Assembly (NCBI RefSeq): GCF_032062105.1
Contig: NW_026936290.1
Coordinates: 124,001 to 188,000, forward strand
Direction: 5' to 3'
Source: Saccostrea cucullata
Lineage: Eukaryota
DNA: 64,000 nucleotides
Part shown: positions 60,151-64,000 of the stretch, piece after piece
Layout of the letters: each line of letters starts with the position of its first letter
Position numbering within the stretch: the first letter of the stretch is position 1
Position numbers and translations under genes: made by a program
Notes under the pieces: generated by a model
Seen by the model: the letters and a program-made list of their open reading frames with translations, nothing else
What the model was told of the DNA's origin: nothing
Databases searched by the model: none

Positions 60151-61537
60151 AAGAACGATACATATCCAGTTATAGTTCAGGGTAACATCCTGATAGCTAT
60201 GCAACGTTCCATAGGCAACGTCGCCATGCGTTTAGGCATTGGGACATTCATAGAATACTTTTGTAGCAATTAAATTCATTAATAATATGAAAAAGTAGAC
60301 TACATGTAGTACAGTGTATTAATATGTTTTAGGAACTGAAAACATATAATTTAATGATGATATGATGTTTTTTTTCTTGTGTTCAATTATTTATAAAGAG
60401 TTAGAAACATATGATAAGAATAATTTATATGCTGTAAAACAACGCACACACAAACACTGATAAAACGACAAAAGTGAGAACATTTTCCAAGTTTATACCA
60501 GTATCCTGTGCAAAGTTCTATATTCATCAAATACTGTACATTGTTCATTTAAAATTAATATCCTGATACGACAGAAACCACCCCCAAAACAGGAAGTTAT
60601 TGTTTTCCGACGTTATCGACAGTAGAGGAGGGATTCTAACTAGGAAATAGAAAAATAGGAAGATGAATATAACTCAACAAAAAACCCCTCATCCAGGAGG
60701 AATTTAAATTAGTACTCATATATTTTTCACTCTGTTTGAAGAAAGATCTTTTTTTAAATCGTTAATATATACGTCATCGATGTCTTAATCGTGAACAAAC
60801 TCAATTTGTATACATGAATGTTGCTAGCCTAGACTAGAATGTTGCCAATATGACTTATATTTTATTGAGTATCATGTGCTTTAACTCGTGGATATTTCTC
60901 GTACGCTAAAAATATTTGGTTTACAATATGTTTGTTTTATATACTGAGCATTGTTGCATAATTGACATAAGTGATGACACATGTAACAAACAGTGATTCG
61001 ATATCATCTCAAATTTATATTTATATACTCACCGTCAATAGAAACGTAACATCCTAATTTAAGGGGTGAAAATTATGTACGGGATATAACTATGTACCAA
61101 AAAAGTTAGGACATCTTTTACTTTGCCAAATCAGTTATTTAACGGTTGAACGATTTTCATTCCATTACCGGAAGTTGATTTTTTAGCCCTTTTAACAGAA
61201 ATCAAAAATTAGCATTTTTAATAAAATTATTGACAATATTTTGGGTTTTCAAGGTTTTGTACCTGTTAATCATAAGTCTTGTACTAAAATTCCGGAAAAA
61301 AATATCCTTCTTTCTTTTCCGGATGTGATGCCTTTATTTCCTCAAAATTACTGAAAGCACGCAAATTTTCATTGCTCACGTTGGAAATTTTCAAAATAAA
61401 GAAAAGGGAGAGCTACAGATGCAAATATACACTACATAACGACTTTTCGGGCTCATGTGTTTCAAAAGCATGAATGACAGTTCCTTGACCGGAAGTACAA
61501 GGGTTACTACACTACGCCAAGTTAGAGAAAATTCGAC

Positions 61538-61540
<3 letters not shown>

Positions 61541-61588
<48 letters not shown>
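61541..61588. repeat. (TA)n microsatellite
   Basis: About 23 TA units directly abutting the inverted tRNA-containing element. Confidence 0.97.
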
Positions 61589-61591
<3 letters not shown>

Positions 61592-62350
61592 CACATTTTA
61601 CAACAACTCTTAAACTACAACAACTCTTAAACTAACATAACTGCCCTAAGTGAAGAAATATTAATATAGAAAGCACAAAGAAATTCACTTTTACATGGAT
61701 ACCCACTTCCGCCCCAGCCCGGGGTTGAACTCTCGACCTTCGGAATCTGTCTCCTAGCAGTGCAGGAACAGCGCGCTAGACCGCTCGGCTATCTAGGCAA
61801 GTCAAAGAACTTGCTTTCGATGCCGATGGAATTCTCGCGGCACTGTCCTACACTACACGGTCATTGAGAATAGAAGTGAGATACAGTTATTTGGATATTA
61901 GTTTTAACAGAGGATTGTTACCAATACATGTTGTAATGAAATTAATTATTATTTATAAAGCACATTTTACAACAATTTCTTTGTGCTTTCTATATTAATA
62001 TTTCTTCACTTAGGGCAGTTATGTTAGTTTAAGAGTTGTTGTAAAATATGCTTTATAAATAATAATTAATTTCATTACAACATGCATTGGTAACAATCCT
62101 CTGTTAAAACTAATATCCAAATAACTGTATCTCACTTCTATTCTCAATGACCGTGTAGTGTAGGACAGTGCCGCGAGGATTCAATCGGCATCGAAAGCAA
62201 GTTTTTTGACTTGCCTAGATAGCCGAGCGGTCTAGCACGCTGTTCCTGCACTGCTAGGAGACAGATTCCGAAGGTCGGGAGTTCAACCCCGGGCTGTGGC
62301 GGAAGTGGGTATCCATGTAAAAGTGAATTTCTTTGTGCTTTCTATATATA
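61586..62350. mobile_element. Inverted pair of a 352-bp tRNA-containing repeat unit
   Basis: 61586-61975 (-) and 61976-62347 (+) are reverse complements with different start points; tRNA-like core TAGCCGAGCGGTCTAG ... GAGTTCAACCCC. Confidence 0.85.
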
Positions 62351-63146
62351 TAAGCAATCCTGTGGATCATGTGTCCCAAAGAAGGGTAATCGTCAACTGT
62401 TGACCATCACGCCAGCCGTAAGTCTTATGTATTATGTAAACGGAACATTCTTTAGATTTCTTAAAATTTACGAAAATCAACTTTCAAAGACAAGTTGTTG
62501 AAATCGCTGTTATATCAACTTATCTGTAAGTAGCCTGTTCCGGTTAAAAATTGATCGTAGTTGGAACATCTAATAAGTTGGGAGATGAAATCATTTCATC
62601 ATAAACCTAGTAGTGTATCAGCCCTGAGATAGCCAAGAGAGCACCAGGGAGGTAGAGCTGACTCGCTCTCAGGGCTGAGATATCTCTGAAAATATAGAAA
62701 AGAAGCTCTTGCATTCAATGCCAAAAAAGAGAAAAAATTCGGCAATCATAATCATCTTTGTATTTCTACAAGGATTTGCAACATTACTGAAAAATATCTG
62801 TGGAATCTTTTTTCAACTATTAAGGACTTTTAACATTAGAAACTCCTCTATAGGGAATTACTTTTAGGAACTGATAATACTGAAATGAATGAAAGTCCGT
62901 TGCCCGTTCGTCCACATATTCAAAAAAAAACAAACTAAAATATAAAAAACCAGTAATTATTTAGCTGTTTATTAATTCATATGTACTTATTTCAGATGAG
63001 TTTGCACTCAAAGACAGACAACTTTTGTTTCATGAATTTTTAAACCTTTTCAAGAATTCTGTTCATTAGTTATTCCCACTTTTTTTCAATCCCGCATGAA
63101 GTCGATTTGTTTGGGAAAATAATTACACTGGGCACATTTATGGATG

Positions 63147-63349
63147 TACGAAAGCCCAGAAGGCTCATTCGAGATTTGAGGTTCGAAATTCGAGTTTCGA
63201 AATTCAAGATCCAAACTAACCAATCAAAAGCGGGTTCAAATGTTTAACATGCGTTTGATTGGTTAATCTGGATCTTGAATCTCGAAACTCGAATTTCGAA
63301 TCTCGTATTTCGAACCTCGAATCTCGAATGAGCCTTCCGGGCTTTCGTA
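63147..63349. mobile_element. IS3EU-like palindromic MITE
   Basis: tacgaaagccc...gggctttcgta, near-complete 203-bp palindrome with 7-bp tcgaaat/tcgaatc repeats; 6-bp TSD TGGATG (63141-63146, 63350-63355). Confidence 0.88.
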
Positions 63350-64000
63350 TGGATGAGAATCATATAACTTATCATTTTTTTTGTATTTCTGTGATGAAGT
63401 AAAAAAAATGTGTACATGTGACTTTTTAATCCCCTGTTTCTTTATATTGTTCTCTTAAACTAATACTTTAATTTAAATGCACCAATGTGTATTTAAAATT
63501 CTTAATACAGAACGACTAGATGATTTTCATTTTGCCCCTCAATCGCCCAATGTGAGATCTTAATAATCATCTGATACATTTAACCCAGTCCTCTTATTAT
63601 ATCAGGCCCTTCATTTGGTGTAATTTCACAATATTTATCATATTTATAAAATAATAATGCCAGGTGTTAACGGGCTTTAAATTGTCGGTCCAAAATTAGT
63701 TTTAGTGAGTTGGAGTGGATTAATTAATTTATTGAAACATGACAGGACTAATTACAAACAAATGGACACGCAAGTAATTTTCAAAACAATGAACTCATTT
63801 CTCGAGAGAGATGGGTTTATTAATATTTGAGAAGTATTGTGGGAGAAACTTGTTTATATGCTGTAAAAAAATGGCTAGGTTGTAAAATATAATACAGGCT
63901 ATGGTCATTAAAATTTATTTCACTAAGATTTGCATAATTAGTAAACAGTATAAAAACTGGAGGTGTCGGGTGTCCTCACTATGGTGACTTCTGATATCAA

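Noticed and set aside
62145-62220. Canonical hammerhead ribozyme
   Set aside because: A stem-CGAAA-stem is present, but the CUGANGA box and NUH cleavage triplet are missing in both copies
62213-62301. Functional tRNA-Leu gene
   Set aside because: Poor acceptor stem and no recognisable anticodon arm; part of a repeated mobile unit

Overview
AT-rich, intron-containing animal DNA. The repeat families and gene content point to a bivalve, probably an oyster (inference). I reconstructed five protein-coding genes by hand from GT-AG splice sites. (1) 9377-15703 (+): a 10-exon secreted protein with an unusual domain order: signal peptide, Reeler-like domain, two ECM1/albumin-type CC-x9-C units, Thr-rich stalk, anaphylatoxin/fibulin-type domain, then an acidic-then-basic tail, with a possible alternative last exon. 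(2) 28956-31744 (-): a BAK orthologue. (3) 35891-40596 (-): directly upstream of BAK, a 725-aa Bcl-G/BCL2L14-like protein with no TM anchor, two BH3-like motifs and caspase-type sites (IETD/G, VEVD/G) bracketing a very long disordered loop. (4) 41408-45516 (+): CRYL1, head-to-head with gene 3. (5) 55420-56892 (-): a RING-less B-box/coiled-coil/NHL (TRIM-NHL-like) gene. The rest is mostly mobile DNA: many decayed Naiad-type Penelope-like retroelements sharing a foldable 3' motif, RTE and HERO LINE remnants, a tRNA-SINE, a Helentron-type element and several MITEs. Two repeat architectures are odd: four hairpin-ended elements whose joined ends are complementary to an internal site, and a tRNA-containing 352-bp unit present as two circularly permuted, inverted copies inside a (TA)n tract. 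All calls are from reading the sequence; no database search or folding program was run.
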